Source: Hyaloraphidium curvatum SAG 235-1
Lineage: Eukaryota > Fungi > Monoblepharomycota
Assembly (NCBI GenBank): GCA_025558095.1
Contig: JAIVFI010000026.1
Span: 434,001-498,000 of the forward strand
Length of the DNA: 64,000 bases
Reading direction: 5' to 3'
A program made the translations under genes and the position numbers. Positions 10,885 through 22,241 of this stretch are shown in pieces. Each line of letters opens with the position of its first letter. Within the stretch, counting starts at the first letter, position 1. Below the pieces are notes generated by a model. That model was not told where the DNA came from. It was given only the letters and a program-made list of their open reading frames with translations, and searched no databases.

Positions 10885-13242
10885 ATGGCGTCCCGCGTGC
10901 TGGAAAAGGCGTTCTCGCTGCTGCCGGCGAGCGTCTCGGTCACGCTGTCGTTCGCGTTCCTGTTCCTGGACGACATCGCTGCGTCGCACGCCGAGCGGGC
11001 CGAGCGGACCGCGTGGGACCTCCTCCGCTTCTTTTTCATCGATGTGCTCTGGCACGGCATCGTCGTGCGGCTCGTGATGACCGTCATCGGCGGGTTCGTC
11101 CACGCGGCGCTGGCGGAGCGGCTGCTGGACGCCGCGGAGGCGCTGCTCGGCGCCGTATATTCGCGGCTCGTCTCCCCGCTGCTCTCGGCGCTCTCGCTGG
11201 GCGGGCTGGCCGAATGGGTCGCCCACGGCCCGCGCACGCCGCGCGATGCCGTGCCGTTCGACGACGGCCGCTACGATGCCCTTGTCGAGAGGGTGCAGGC
11301 CGGCGTCAGAGACTGTCCCCCGGGCTCGCGCGTCGTGCTCCGGCCCCGGGCGCCGGCGGCCGCTGGACCGGGCACCGGCGGGCAGCTGCTCAAGTTCGCC
11401 ACCCTGTACGGCGGCACGGACGGCTCGCATTCCTCCAACACGACGAGGAATCCGTCCTACAAGGACCCGAGGGCGACCGAGGTCGCCGGCAACTTCCACC
11501 CGGTCGACTCCATCACCGTCCCGGGCCACAACGGCCGCCTCACCACCGCCAACCTGATCCAGTTCCTCAACCCGCCGGAAAACACGCTGCTCAAGGTCGG
11601 CCCCCTGGCCAGCATGGCCGACATCCTGGACGCGTGCGGCCGCGCCTCGCGCCTCCCGAGCGTCGTGCCCGAGTTCCCGGGGCTCACCGCCGGCGGCTGC
11701 TTCCTCGGCGCGGGGATCGAGTCGAGCAGCTTCAGGTTCGGGCAGTGGGGTGACAACGGCGGCGTGGTCGGCGTCGAGTGCGTCGACGGGGAGGGAAACT
11801 TCCACCGGCTCTCGCTGGGCCCGCGGCGCACGCGGCGCGAGTCGTTCATCCTCACGGACGACGCCGAACCCGATGCCGCGGAGCCGGAAGCCTCCTCCTC
11901 GGCCGGCAACGCCGCCCCCGGCCCCAGGCCGGACCTCCGCGCCAACGACCTTAAGTCCAGCTTCGGCTCCCTCGCCGTGCTCACGAGCCTCACCCTGCGG
12001 CTGATGCCCCACCCACCCGGCGACCGCGTGCGGCTGGCCTACATCCTCTGCCGCACGCCGCAGATGATGGTCGACGTGGTGCGGGAGCTCTCGCGGATGC
12101 CGGGGGTGGACAACGTCGAGGGCCTGGCCTTCAGCCGCCGCGAGTTCGTGTGCATCGTGGGGTGGCTCGTCAGCGCCGCGGATGCCGCCAAAGCGCGGAG
12201 GGCGAGGTGGCTGCTGCGCCGGTCCGCGGGGCGGAGCGAGGGGTTGGGGGAGGCCGTGGCGTTCGACAGGGGATGGGACGAGTACTACTTCAAGCACGCG
12301 CGCAGGATGGCATCGCTGGGAACGCCGATACCCCCGACGACGACGGCCGAGGAGCTGCCGGCCCTGCTCGCCTCGCTGTTGAACCTCTCGCCCACGGCCG
12401 GATCGAGCGGGGGCGCGCAGGTCCCGAACGTGCCGTTTGTGCACACCTCGATACCCTCGTACGCGTTCCGCCACGATCGGCTGGCGTTCTGGATGGCGTA
12501 CCCGCACTTTTTCTCGTCGGTTTCCGTCGGACCGGTCGCCGGCGCGGGGCTTTCCGACAACTGGTACTCGCGGGCGCTCCTGGACCCGATGCTGCGGACC
12601 AAGAAGCTGTACCAGCGGCTGCACCGCTTCTCTGCGCAGCGCGATTTCGTCATCCAGGACTTTTACGTGCCCATGGACTCGGACGGCTCCGAGGGTGCGC
12701 CGTCGCCGGCCGTCTCCTTCCTCACCACCGTCGTCGCGACCGCTACCGGGCCGGGCATCTTCCCGATCTGGCTGTGCCCCATCGTGGGCACCTCCGGCCC
12801 CGCCGGCGGAGGCAAGCTGGACCCGCACTACGTCGCCGAGGGCCCCGACGGGCGGAGGCGCGAGCGGATGTTCCTCAACTTTGGCATCTACGGCCTGCCC
12901 ACCCTCCGGTGCCCCGTGCAGTCGCTCCGGGCATCCGTGCTCGGCTCTGCGGGTGGACCCAACCCCCCGTCGGACGCACAGGAGCCCGATCTCTCCGCCG
13001 CCGCCGAGGAGGGAGACGACGAGCGCCGCGCCGACACCAAGCAGGTGATGCTGTGGACCCGGCACCTGGAGCGGCTCTGCCGCGAGCACGGCGGGCGCAA
13101 GATGCTCTATGCCGTGTCGACCTACACCAGGGGCGAGTTCTGGTCGATCTACGACCGCGGGTGGCACGGCGCCGTGAAAGGGGAATGGGATCCGCGGGGG
13201 GTGTTCATGGGCGTGGACGAAAAGGTGCTGGGCGGGTGGTAG
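10885..13242 (+). CDS. FAD-binding oxidoreductase, Delta(24)-sterol reductase (DHCR24/DWF1)-like, intronless
   Basis: VVPEFPGLTAGGCFLGAGIESSSFRFG, YAFRHDRLAFW, VIQDFYVP, FPIWLCP, GGRKMLYA, EFWSIYD; N-terminal hydrophobic segments. Confidence 0.85.
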   Translation: MASRVLEKAFSLLPASVSVTLSFAFLFLDDIAASHAERAERTAWDLLRFFFIDVLWHGIVVRLVMTVIGGFVHAALAERLLDAAEALLGAVYSRLVSPLLSALSLGGLAEWVAHGPRTPRDAVPFDDGRYDALVERVQAGVRDCPPGSRVVLRPRAPAAAGPGTGGQLLKFATLYGGTDGSHSSNTTRNPSYKDPRATEVAGNFHPVDSITVPGHNGRLTTANLIQFLNPPENTLLKVGPLASMADILDACGRASRLPSVVPEFPGLTAGGCFLGAGIESSSFRFGQWGDNGGVVGVECVDGEGNFHRLSLGPRRTRRESFILTDDAEPDAAEPEASSSAGNAAPGPRPDLRANDLKSSFGSLAVLTSLTLRLMPHPPGDRVRLAYILCRTPQMMVDVVRELSRMPGVDNVEGLAFSRREFVCIVGWLVSAADAAKARRARWLLRRSAGRSEGLGEAVAFDRGWDEYYFKHARRMASLGTPIPPTTTAEELPALLASLLNLSPTAGSSGGAQVPNVPFVHTSIPSYAFRHDRLAFWMAYPHFFSSVSVGPVAGAGLSDNWYSRALLDPMLRTKKLYQRLHRFSAQRDFVIQDFYVPMDSDGSEGAPSPAVSFLTTVVATATGPGIFPIWLCPIVGTSGPAGGGKLDPHYVAEGPDGRRRERMFLNFGIYGLPTLRCPVQSLRASVLGSAGGPNPPSDAQEPDLSAAAEEGDDERRADTKQVMLWTRHLERLCREHGGRKMLYAVSTYTRGEFWSIYDRGWHGAVKGEWDPRGVFMGVDEKVLGGW

Positions 13243-13476
13243 CGCGTTGTGACAGGGCTGGGTTTTCTCCGATCACATAAACGAGCCGGAGGGATGGAAC
13301 AATTGTGCGTCGATGTCGGCCTGTTTGCTTTGGTTTGTTTGCGGCAAAGCCACAGCCATGTGAGCTGGCGTCAGCACGCAGAAACAACCAACAAACAAGC
13401 AACTGATCGAATCACAAGCCCTGCGGCAGAGCTTGCCGATGCCGGGCGGGAATCGGAATTCCTGGAACCCGGGCCG

Positions 13477-13487
13477 CATATAAATAG
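13477..13487 (+). promoter_or_regulatory. TATA-like box upstream of the CAP gene
   Basis: CATATAAATAG about 85 nt upstream of the ATG in a GC-rich background. Confidence 0.5.
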
Positions 13488-13566
13488 CCCCTCCTACATC
13501 ACTGCTCCTCGCGCACCCTCGCCGCCCGCAGCCCTCCCCTTGGGAACCGCACCACCCGACCTCGCG

Positions 13567-14382
13567 ATGCCCCGCCTGAGCACCGTCGTCCTCGCCGCCG
13601 CCCTCGGGCTCGTCTCCGCCACCTCCGCCGCCGCCCAAGCCGACCCCATGATCTGCCTCGTCAACGCGGCGCGACAGAGCGCCGGCGTCGCGCCCCTCGG
13701 CATTTCGCAGGGCCTCCAGAACGCCGCCTGGCGCCAGGCCTCGGACATGGCGAGGACCGGACAGGTCTCGCACTTCGGAAGGTTGGTCTCGCCGCATCCG
13801 CTCGTGGTTCTGCTGCGGTCGTTCCCGGAAGCGTCCTCCGCCGGATCTCGAGTCGCTTACTGGCTGTGTCTCGCTTCGCAGCGACGGCTCCAACCCGCTG
13901 ACCCGTTTGTCGTACCTCGGCTACTCCAAGATCGGCGAGAACGTCGCCGGCGGGCAGTCGACCGCGCAGTGGGCTCTTGGTGCGATCCGAACGCCGCGAT
14001 CGGGAACTCGGAGGAAGCTCACGCAGCCACCGCTCCGCCCTTCTCCCTCCAGACTCCTTCCTCGGATCGCCCGGCCACCGCGCTACGTTGATGGATCCCG
14101 CCTTTACCTGCTTCGGCTCGGCTCAGGTCGGCCTGATGTGGGCCCAGGGTCGGTGTTTTGTGAGGGCGATCCGTCGCTTGGACGTTCTGATCATCTCCTG
14201 CCTCTCCAGAGTACGGAACGGGCCCCGGCTGCTGGATTCCCAACTGCAACGGCTACCGCCGCCGCGCCAGAAGCGAGGTCAAGGTCGACATCGCCGACAC
14301 CTTTGTCGCGTCGATCGAGGTTTCGACAACTTCGTCGGCCGACGGGACGGGGCCCGCTGCCCCCGCGACCACCGACGCTTAA
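13567..14382 (+). CDS. Secreted CAP/SCP (PR-1-like) domain protein, 3 introns
   Basis: Signal peptide; LVNAARQSAGVAPL, SHFG|SDGS, GENVAGG, SPGHRATLM, WAQ|EYG. Confidence 0.88.
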
Positions 14383-14685
14383 GTTTTCTGCTGGGCTGGA
14401 TCTGTTTTCTTTGTAGATGCGGGAGGGAGGGAAGGCGGCGGGGCGCTGGACGCCCCAGGGAGGGTAACTTGGAATGCGGTCGGTCGTATGCTGGCAGGCG
14501 GCCGCTAGACGCCCATAGACCAGACTATAGCATGACTTGGACGCTAGATGAACTAGAATCGTAGGCATAGACGCGAATCGATTGCCTTCCGGGCAGATCC
14601 GGCGTGACTGATCCGAGCGCGGAATCCCGTGGGCCCCTCGCCCCCGCCACACACTTCTGTCGTCATCGTGCTCCGCGGCCCGAAA

Positions 14686-16663
14686 ATGCCGTTCCTCGAC
14701 AAGCTGCTGCATCGGAACCACGACGGCGCGGCGTCGCCCGAGCCGCCGCGCGGGCTGTCGCCGCGACCCGACTCGCCGGCGGCGCTGCCGCCACGCGCGG
14801 CCTCCCCGCTGCCGCCCCGCTCCGCGTCGCCCCTGCCGCCCCGAGGGGCCTCGCCGCTGCCGTCGCTGGAGAACCCGAGGACGTCGTCCGCGGACTACAA
14901 GCCCGTGCGCATCCTCGGCCAGGGCAAGGAGGGCCAGGTGTTCCTGGCGCGGTCCCTGAAGGACGGCAGGGAGGTCGCGATCAAGCAGATCAACCGCCGC
15001 GAAAAGGGCATCTCGTCGCTGTTCCACTCCAAGGAGCACAAGCTGGAGAAGGAGCAGTCGATCAGCGACCACGTGCACGGCGAGGTCGAGATCCTGAAGC
15101 GAATCAACCATCCCCACATGATCCGCCTCCTGGACTGCTACCAGACACGGGACAAGTGGTGCCTGGTCTTTGAGCTCGCCACCGGCGGCGAGCTGCACGA
15201 CCGCATCTACGCGGACTACACGCCGCACGGCTTCAATGAGCGCCACGCGGCCTACATTATCGCAACGCTCTGCAATGCCCTGCGCTTCCTCCACGACCTG
15301 CACATCTGCCACCGCGACATGAAGGCGGCCAACGTCATGTTCCGTGGTGAGGGCAAGAGCTCCATCGTGCTCGTGGACTTTGGCATCGCCCGCACCCTCG
15401 CGAACGATGATCGGCAGAAGGAAATGATGCTGAGCACTCAGACGGGCACGTTGGCCTACATCGCCCCCGAGATCATACGCGGAAAGGGGTACGGCAAGGC
15501 CGTGGACTGCTGGTCGCTGGGCGTGATCACATATGAGCTCGTTTCTGGCGTGCAACCGTGGCTGGACCTGGACGGGACGCAGTCGCTCCTGGAGCGGATC
15601 CTCACCTCGGACTTTGACTTTCCGACCGAGTTCTTCGAATCCGTTTCCAAGACGGCCCAGAACTTTATCCTGCGGTTCATGCAGGCCGACCCCAACAAGC
15701 GGATGACCATGGCGCAGGCGATGGAGCACCCCTGGATCAAGTCCATGGTCTCGCCGTACTACCTCGAGGGCCTGGCCGACGTCAACCGCCGCGCCAAGGA
15801 CTGGTTCGAGCGCACCGGCCGCGGCGAATGCCCGCCCGAGATCGACTGGGGCCCGTGGCTGGAGCTGGACGTGGAGAAGCTCGAGGCCGAGAGGGCGGAG
15901 CGCCAGGCCCGGGAAAAGACCGAGGCCCACGCGGAGCCCGTCGCGCCGCTGCCCACCCTCATTGCCGCGCACCCGGCGGCGGATACGGCGCAACCGTGGC
16001 GTGTCAAGGGCCGGCCGCAACAAGCGCGGCCGAAGAGGCGCCGGCATTCTGTGAGCGTCGGCGAGGTGCAGCTCCACCCGATCACGGTGCTGCAGCACGA
16101 GGGGATAGACGAGAGCGAGATGGAGAGGCTGTTCCACGGCTGGGAGCAGGACGGACCGCACGTGGAGGACGAGTCGCCGCACTCACATCCGTCGCTGCTG
16201 CCGTTCGACCAGCACGAGTGGTGGGTTTTCCACTTGAGAAGTATTTTCGAATGAGCTCTCGTTTATCTGCTTCCTTCCACGTAGGGAGTTGGCCGTGCGC
16301 GGCACCATCGACGACATGCGGCAGGACCTGCGCAGCCCAAGTCCTCATCCCGACGGCCGTCGCACCTCCAGCCCCGCCGTCGCACGCACCACCAGCCCGG
16401 CTCTTGCCCGCACCACGAGCCCTTCGCAGGCACTCCCAGTAGGCCTCACGCACCTCGGCGTGGAGCTGCCCGCGGCGCCCTCGCGCCCCTCCTCCGCCGG
16501 GCCGGCGGGCAAGAACCCGCCCGAACGCCCAGCGTCACGCGCCTCGGACAACCCGCCGCAGCATCGCCGCACCAAGTCGATCGAGCTCGCGGTGATGATG
16601 CGGGACGCGAGTCTGCACCCCGAGGCGGACAAGCTCGAGCCCGGGCCGGAGGCGTCTCTGTGA
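14686..16663 (+). CDS. CAMK-group Ser/Thr kinase (CaMKI-like), one intron near 16220-16284
   Basis: LGQGKEGQV, VAIK, HRDMKAAN, DFG, GTLAYIAPE, VDCWSLG; N-terminal PPRxASPL x3. Confidence 0.9.
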
Positions 16664-17209
16664 TCTGATGGTCCGCATTCGCCGCCCCGGTGCCCGGCTG
16701 CTTCGAGATAGATCTGCCTCGTTGCGCATAGACGGTTTGTATACTGAGCTAATTCGAGACATCGGTTGACAACCATTTGCACTTCCACCTGTGCTCCATC
16801 GAAACAGAAACAGGCACTTCCTTTATCCAACTAACCAAGCATTTCTAACAGATCTTCGCCCTGGGGAGCTCCGTGGAATGTTATGGGCACCGCTGACGTG
16901 ATGGAAGCGAATCTTCGTTGGAAAACGAATCGGTGGCTTTGCGAGATGCCGCACGGATCTTTCGGATCTTCCACTCAGATCTTCCACCGTCAGCGGTATA
17001 AAACAGAGCCAAACTGCTCAATGTTTTCACAATCAACGCTCTACCTCTCTCCTTTCCTCTCCTCATCGTTTCTGGGTTCCGTAGCTCCCCCTACGGAGCC
17101 AGATCTCGCCCCAAGGACCATTTGGAAGCGACCGACGTCGACGGACCAGGTCCGGACTCCGCCGCTTCTTTACCCTAGCCCATCCTCCGACCCCGGTCAA
17201 CGTCCTTCA

Positions 17210-18056
17210 ATGTCGTCGACTGGCCGCCGGAGATCCCGCACGACCTCCGGGAAAGGCTCAGGAGCCGATCCGGCGGTTGTGCAAACTGCGCAGCAGCAGC
17301 GCGGTCAGACGCAGCAGCAGCCGCCCGGCGACGCCGGAGCGGCCGTCCTGCGGCAGATCAACGAGGCTCTGCAGACTACGCTGGCTGGCGGAGGCGCCAA
17401 CGGCAGCGAGGCAGAAGGCCCGAGACGTTACACAAGACGGCCTCTCCTGGCGTCGCTCCCATGTCCGACGACCTCCAGATCCACGATTTCGACCGCCGCG
17501 TGGACGCCCTATTGCGCGAACTGGAACCGCTAGACGGCTCTTCTGCCAGAAGATTCCGCCGCCTGGCACCGGCACCCGGTTCTCGCAGTGATGTGTTCCC
17601 CGATCAGGTGCTCCAGCGCGCCACGTATCCCTACTCGTGCGCTGTAGCACCTGCGGCTGTCAACGGGGTTCCTGTCACGGCAGTCGTCGACTCTGGTGCT
17701 TCCCTGGTTGCCGTTGCTTCTTGGGTCTTGGACATGATCCCCGACCGCCCGCCTATCAGGCCTTGGCCCTATGGACATCTGACTGTCGCCGCCAAGGACG
17801 TTCGACGCATGCCCGAGGGTATCGTCGAGCTGACCATCACCGTGGGACCGTCGACTTTGACGGTTCCCGCGGCGGTCGTCGAGGACCTCCCCCGGGAGCT
17901 CATCCTCGGTGTTCCATGGCTTCACACATCGGAGCCATCACCGACTGGGGCAATGCCGCGATAAAGTTCCGCACCGAGGCGGATGCCTTCACGGCCGAAA
18001 CCTCGATGAGGATTCTGAACCCGGATGCCTGGAGGCAACTTGATCCTTTCATGTAG
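17210..18056 (+). pseudogene. Retropepsin (Ty3/gypsy-type aspartyl protease) remnant with frameshifts
   Basis: VNGVPVTAVVDSGAS (DSG active site), ELILGVPWL, then a frameshift near 17925 into IGAITDWG; no RT or integrase follows. Confidence 0.75.
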
Positions 18057-18161
18057 AATCTCGGCACTCAGAATTGATTTTCCTTTCCTTGCTGAACGGT
18101 TTTCGCATTGCCGAGTCGCAGCATACGCACTACACAACGAAGGACGTAAGCAAGGGGGAGC

Positions 18162-19511
18162 TCAGCTCCCCATACCCTTCACGATCTCCAGCTCCCCAGT
18201 CCCAGGAACAAACTGCACCTCGACCCCAGACAGAGCCGCCCTCTCCATCCCCGTCCCCGGCACAACCGTAACCGGCGTCGGCACCGCCGTCACCGGTGTG
18301 GCAGGCATCGCCTGCTCCGTGTCCATCGCTTCGAACGGACCCGTGTCGAAGGCTCCAGAGTCCATCCTTTGCTTCTCCGCCAGTCCGGGCCATTTCTTCT
18401 GGTCGTCCGCGACCCGTTCCAGATCGGCCACCTCGGCAACGAGCCATGGGTCCAGCAGCGCCTCCGCGGCGCCGGGCCTGTCCGCGGGGTCGACGGCCAG
18501 CAGCCTGCCGAGCAGCGCTTTGGCTCCTTCCGGTGCTCCCTCGGGGATAACGTAGTCGGCTCGTGCGATGGCTTTGTACAGTTCGATGAAGTTTCTCGCG
18601 TGCTCAAACGGGGTCCGTCCGGACAGCATCCAGTAAAGCATCACGCCCACGGACCATACGTCCACCTTCGGACCGTACCGCCTGGTCCCGACAATCTCGG
18701 GCGCCATGTAGAGCGGGGTACCGCAGACGGTCGCGAGCGCCGCTGTGGCGGCAAAGTTGAATTCGCTGGACTCGTCGTCAGCCGGCAGGTTCTGCGCCGG
18801 ATCAAAGTCCGAGCCAGGTTGGCAGATAGCGGCGGAGTAGTAGTCGCCGATGCAGAGCGACAGCGGGTCGTCCAGGTCGCGCACGAAGATGTTGTGCGGC
18901 TTCACGTCGCGATGCACGACACCGTGGGCATGGAGCAGCGCCAGCGTCCGCAGGGTGAGCGCGACGAAGTGGGCCGCGGCGTTTGGCTGCAATCGGCCGT
19001 GGAGGCGTACGAGTTGGTCCAGATCGCCGGCGCAGAGCTCCATCGTCATAAAAAACGAGTTGGTGCCTTCCAGGACCTCGTAGAAATACGCCATCTGCTT
19101 GCACACCAGCTGCAGCGGGTAGAGAACGATGCATCGACGGCGCACGGCGGCAACCATGGGAGCCCTGTGGGCCGGATCCAGCGGCTTGTGGAAGATTTTG
19201 AGGGCGCGCATCTCGCCGGTCGGCAGGAACTTGGCGAGGCGCACGCTCCCCTGGCCGCCGGAGCCGAGCAGGCCCATGTCCTTGTACATGGCGCGGCGCA
19301 GCCTGCCGAAGCGGATGATGGCCGGGTCCGGCAGCGCCCAGACGGCGTTGGAGAGCGCGCGGCCGGACGCGGCCCACTTTTCCAGCGCCGGCGGCAGGCG
19401 GTACCGCGAGTCGGTAATCGACGCCTTGGCGGCGTCCACAAACGTCGACGGCGTCGATAGCGACGCTCGCACCACTTCATCGAATGTCGCCCCGTCGGGA
19501 ATGTCGTCCAT
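18162..19511 (-). CDS. CAMK-like Ser/Thr kinase, intronless, with DFG replaced by DYY
   Basis: LGSGGQGSV, RALK, HRDVKPHN, IGDYYS, CGTPLYMAPE, VDVWSVG. Confidence 0.88.
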   Translation of the reverse strand: MDDIPDGATFDEVVRASLSTPSTFVDAAKASITDSRYRLPPALEKWAASGRALSNAVWALPDPAIIRFGRLRRAMYKDMGLLGSGGQGSVRLAKFLPTGEMRALKIFHKPLDPAHRAPMVAAVRRRCIVLYPLQLVCKQMAYFYEVLEGTNSFFMTMELCAGDLDQLVRLHGRLQPNAAAHFVALTLRTLALLHAHGVVHRDVKPHNIFVRDLDDPLSLCIGDYYSAAICQPGSDFDPAQNLPADDESSEFNFAATAALATVCGTPLYMAPEIVGTRRYGPKVDVWSVGVMLYWMLSGRTPFEHARNFIELYKAIARADYVIPEGAPEGAKALLGRLLAVDPADRPGAAEALLDPWLVAEVADLERVADDQKKWPGLAEKQRMDSGAFDTGPFEAMDTEQAMPATPVTAVPTPVTVVPGTGMERAALSGVEVQFVPGTGELEIVKGMGS

Positions 19512-19907
19512 CGCGCGGCCGCGTCGCCCCGCACTCGGCCCGGTGCCTGCGGGCGGTGCCTCGACGCGGCGGCGCCAAGTTCAAAGGCGCCGGCAAGAGA
19601 GCGGGGCCAGAGATCGCGGGCGGGCGGCGGCGGGCGGGAGAATGATGACGAGTGGGTGCTCTGTCGGGCGGCGACGGCGCGTCAGCATCGATCGGTGTCA
19701 GGGCCGAGAGCCCGCCCAGACCCATCGCCGTCGGCAGCCATTCATGGACACGGATCGAGGCAAAGCAACATTGCTTTCCCACCTAAATGGATGCCGTCAT
19801 GGTCGGTGAAGATCTGAAACCGATGCCTGGGAATAGGAAGGATCGCCTCATATGGGAGACACCCGTCCGGATCAGAAGAGGAGGACACAGATACGTTCAA
19901 TTCCACG

Positions 19908-19943
19908 ACATCCACAAGACAGCCTACATCCACAAGACAGCCT
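19908..19943. repeat. 18-bp tandem duplication ACATCCACAAGACAGCCT x2
   Basis: Exact adjacent direct repeat in intergenic DNA. Confidence 0.9.
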
Positions 19944-19993
19944 AAATTTGATGAAGATCCAAGCAAAGCTTCGCCATCGCGGCAAGCGGCAGA

Positions 19994-21163
19994 TCACCGC
20001 CATCCCTCCACGAGCCCCGCGACCCACTCCCTCCCCGCGACCGCGGCCGCAACCCCCGCGACGCACCCCACGCTGACCACCGCCCTCGCCGCCACCATCG
20101 GCCAGTCCACCTCCCACCCCCACCCGCCCGCCGCCTCGGGCACCGGCGCCAGCCGCAGCACCAGCGGGCCCCTGCACAGCGGGCACCTCCGCCTGCCGCC
20201 CGGCCCGGTGGGGTCGCCCCTTCGCAGGCGACGCAGCCAGCCCGAGCGCCGCGAGAGCATGACGGCGCCGGACGGGTCGCACCCGATCCAGCGTGACATG
20301 CAGCGGCGATGGGCGACGTGCGTGGGGTGCCGGCAGAAGCTCTCCAGGGGGTCAGATGAGGGCGTGTTGGAGGGGGGATGGATGGCGGGGGCGAGGGTTG
20401 GGGACCGGGGGGCGGAGGGCGGGTAGGCGCCCGGCAGGTCCGCCCCCTCGGAGTCCGAGTCCGAAGAATCGAGGTACGGGTCCGGATCCCACGCGGCGTC
20501 GGGCCCGGGAACGACGACGAAACTCGCTGCCGGGTCCATGCTCGCAACCGACGCCGTCGAGGCCGACGACGATGCCAGGTCCGTCCCCGTCAGCGGCTTG
20601 CCCTCGTCGTCCTCGAACAGCGGCGAGCCCAGGCAGATGCAGCACTCGTCGTCGCCGGCGGGGCCCTCCGGCGCCGGCCTGCCCGCGATGTGGAACGGGC
20701 TCGGCGGCGGGCCGAGCAGGGCGCGGAGCAGAAGGTGGTGCGCGATCTCGCCGGCGGCGCCGATGGCGACCATGAGTGCGAGGGCGCGGAGCGACTCCCG
20801 GGCGGCGCTGCCCCGTGCCGGTAGCGAGTATCCCGATCGCTGGAGCGGCAGAGCGGCGGCGGCGGCCCGCAGGAGCAGCCACGACAGCAGGAGCTCCCCG
20901 CAGGCCACTGCACGCGCGTCGTCCTCCGACACCTCCGAGGCCCTGAGCACGGAAACCGCCAGGCGGCCTTGCAAAACAAGCGACGCCCGCGTCCACGCCC
21001 CGCACGCCATGCCCAGCGCGACGAGGCGGAGCGAGTGCGGCCGCGGGAGCCTCGGCGGCACCGGGAACGGCGGGTCCGCGAAATTCGCAAACCAGAATAA
21101 CTTCATCATCGAGAGCGTAACGTCGTGGAGCACGAGCGTGACAAGCGGCACCCGCGCCGCCAT
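19994..21163 (-). CDS. Membrane-associated RING-variant E3 ubiquitin ligase (RING split by a long insert)
   Basis: CCICLG ... FCRHPTHVAHRRCMSRW ... CPLCR; several hydrophobic helices at both ends. Confidence 0.7.
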   Translation of the reverse strand: MAARVPLVTLVLHDVTLSMMKLFWFANFADPPFPVPPRLPRPHSLRLVALGMACGAWTRASLVLQGRLAVSVLRASEVSEDDARAVACGELLLSWLLLRAAAAALPLQRSGYSLPARGSAARESLRALALMVAIGAAGEIAHHLLLRALLGPPPSPFHIAGRPAPEGPAGDDECCICLGSPLFEDDEGKPLTGTDLASSSASTASVASMDPAASFVVVPGPDAAWDPDPYLDSSDSDSEGADLPGAYPPSAPRSPTLAPAIHPPSNTPSSDPLESFCRHPTHVAHRRCMSRWIGCDPSGAVMLSRRSGWLRRLRRGDPTGPGGRRRCPLCRGPLVLRLAPVPEAAGGWGWEVDWPMVAARAVVSVGCVAGVAAAVAGREWVAGLVEGWR

Positions 21164-21719
21164 CGTGGAGGGGGAACTCGGGAGACGGGGTTTGGGGCCT
21201 GACAGCGGATCGCGCGAGGGCCAAGGGCTTGCCTCTTCCGGGTTGCCCCGGGATCGAAGATTCCTTTCCTGCCGCCATTGGAAGGCAGTTGTATGGACTG
21301 CCAGTGGAGCAGGTGCGTTGGCTCGCTATAATGCACTCCCAGTCCGCAGTTTTCGGTTCCGCACGAGCATGACTGGCTTCATCCCAAGAATAAAGAACAC
21401 ATCACATCATTTGTATTGCAGATTCTGCCCGTCTTCTTTCCGATGTGCTGTGCTCGCTACACCGCTGCCTGCCTCTGGGCCTGGAGCTGCGGCAACACCG
21501 CTTTCTGCAGCATCTCGGCCCGATTCCGCGTCGCATCCAGGCGCGCCTGCACCTTCTGGCGATCGACAGCACCAGAAGCAAGCTCGGGTCGCAGGCCGAC
21601 TTCCGCGGCCACGTCGGCGGCGATCATGGCGCGGATGAAGTCCACCAGCTGCGCCAACGCCCGGGCAGCGCAGGCGAGCGCAAGGGCGGCCAGGCAGGTC
21701 CGTGCAAAGGTTCGCTTGG

Positions 21720-22241
21720 TCATTCCTCCTCCCCCGAGCTGTCCGTCCCCTCATCGCTGCTCTCCGATTCACTCCCGCTCCCCTCCCACAGCTCCGCCCA
21801 CTCCCTGTCCTCGCGCACCGTCCTCAGGAACTCGCCCGCGTCCTCCTTGCGCACCGCCTTCCTCCCCTCGTCCCCGGGATGCCTTGCCGCGTTGAACCGC
21901 GACACGAAGCGGTGCATCCGCGTGCGCTCCCGCCGCAGCTCCTCCAGGCCGTAGCGGAGCCGGTCGGGTTCGCCGGCGAGGTCCTGCTTCAGCACGGCCT
22001 CGACGAGTTCGAACGCGTCCAGCTTGCCGGGGGGTTCGTCGTCCCGCGCCGCGTCCGCTTCCCCGTCGAGCTCCCGCGAGAAGAGGTCGGGCCGGAGGCG
22101 TCTGGGAATCTGCTGGAGAACAGCCAGCCTCGTTCTCTTTGGGGGCAGAAAGTATCTCGACGCCGCATTGGCGTCTTCGGCCCTGAGCAACTTGACCGCG
22201 TGGTCGGTTCTTGCACGGGAACGCCCCTCCTCGGAACTCAT
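21720..22241 (-). CDS. Hypothetical helical protein with acidic tail; possibly a 5'-truncated fragment
   Basis: Coding-like codon bias; LDAFELVEAVLKQDL...SESESSDEGTDSSGEEE*. Confidence 0.4.
   Translation of the reverse strand: MSSEEGRSRARTDHAVKLLRAEDANAASRYFLPPKRTRLAVLQQIPRRLRPDLFSRELDGEADAARDDEPPGKLDAFELVEAVLKQDLAGEPDRLRYGLEELRRERTRMHRFVSRFNAARHPGDEGRKAVRKEDAGEFLRTVREDREWAELWEGSGSESESSDEGTDSSGEEE

Noticed and set aside
21457-21723. 88-aa minus-strand ORF with a signal-like start overlapping the upstream stop (ATGA)
   Set aside because: Translational coupling is unlikely in a eukaryote and no motif supports it; it may be a gene fragment.
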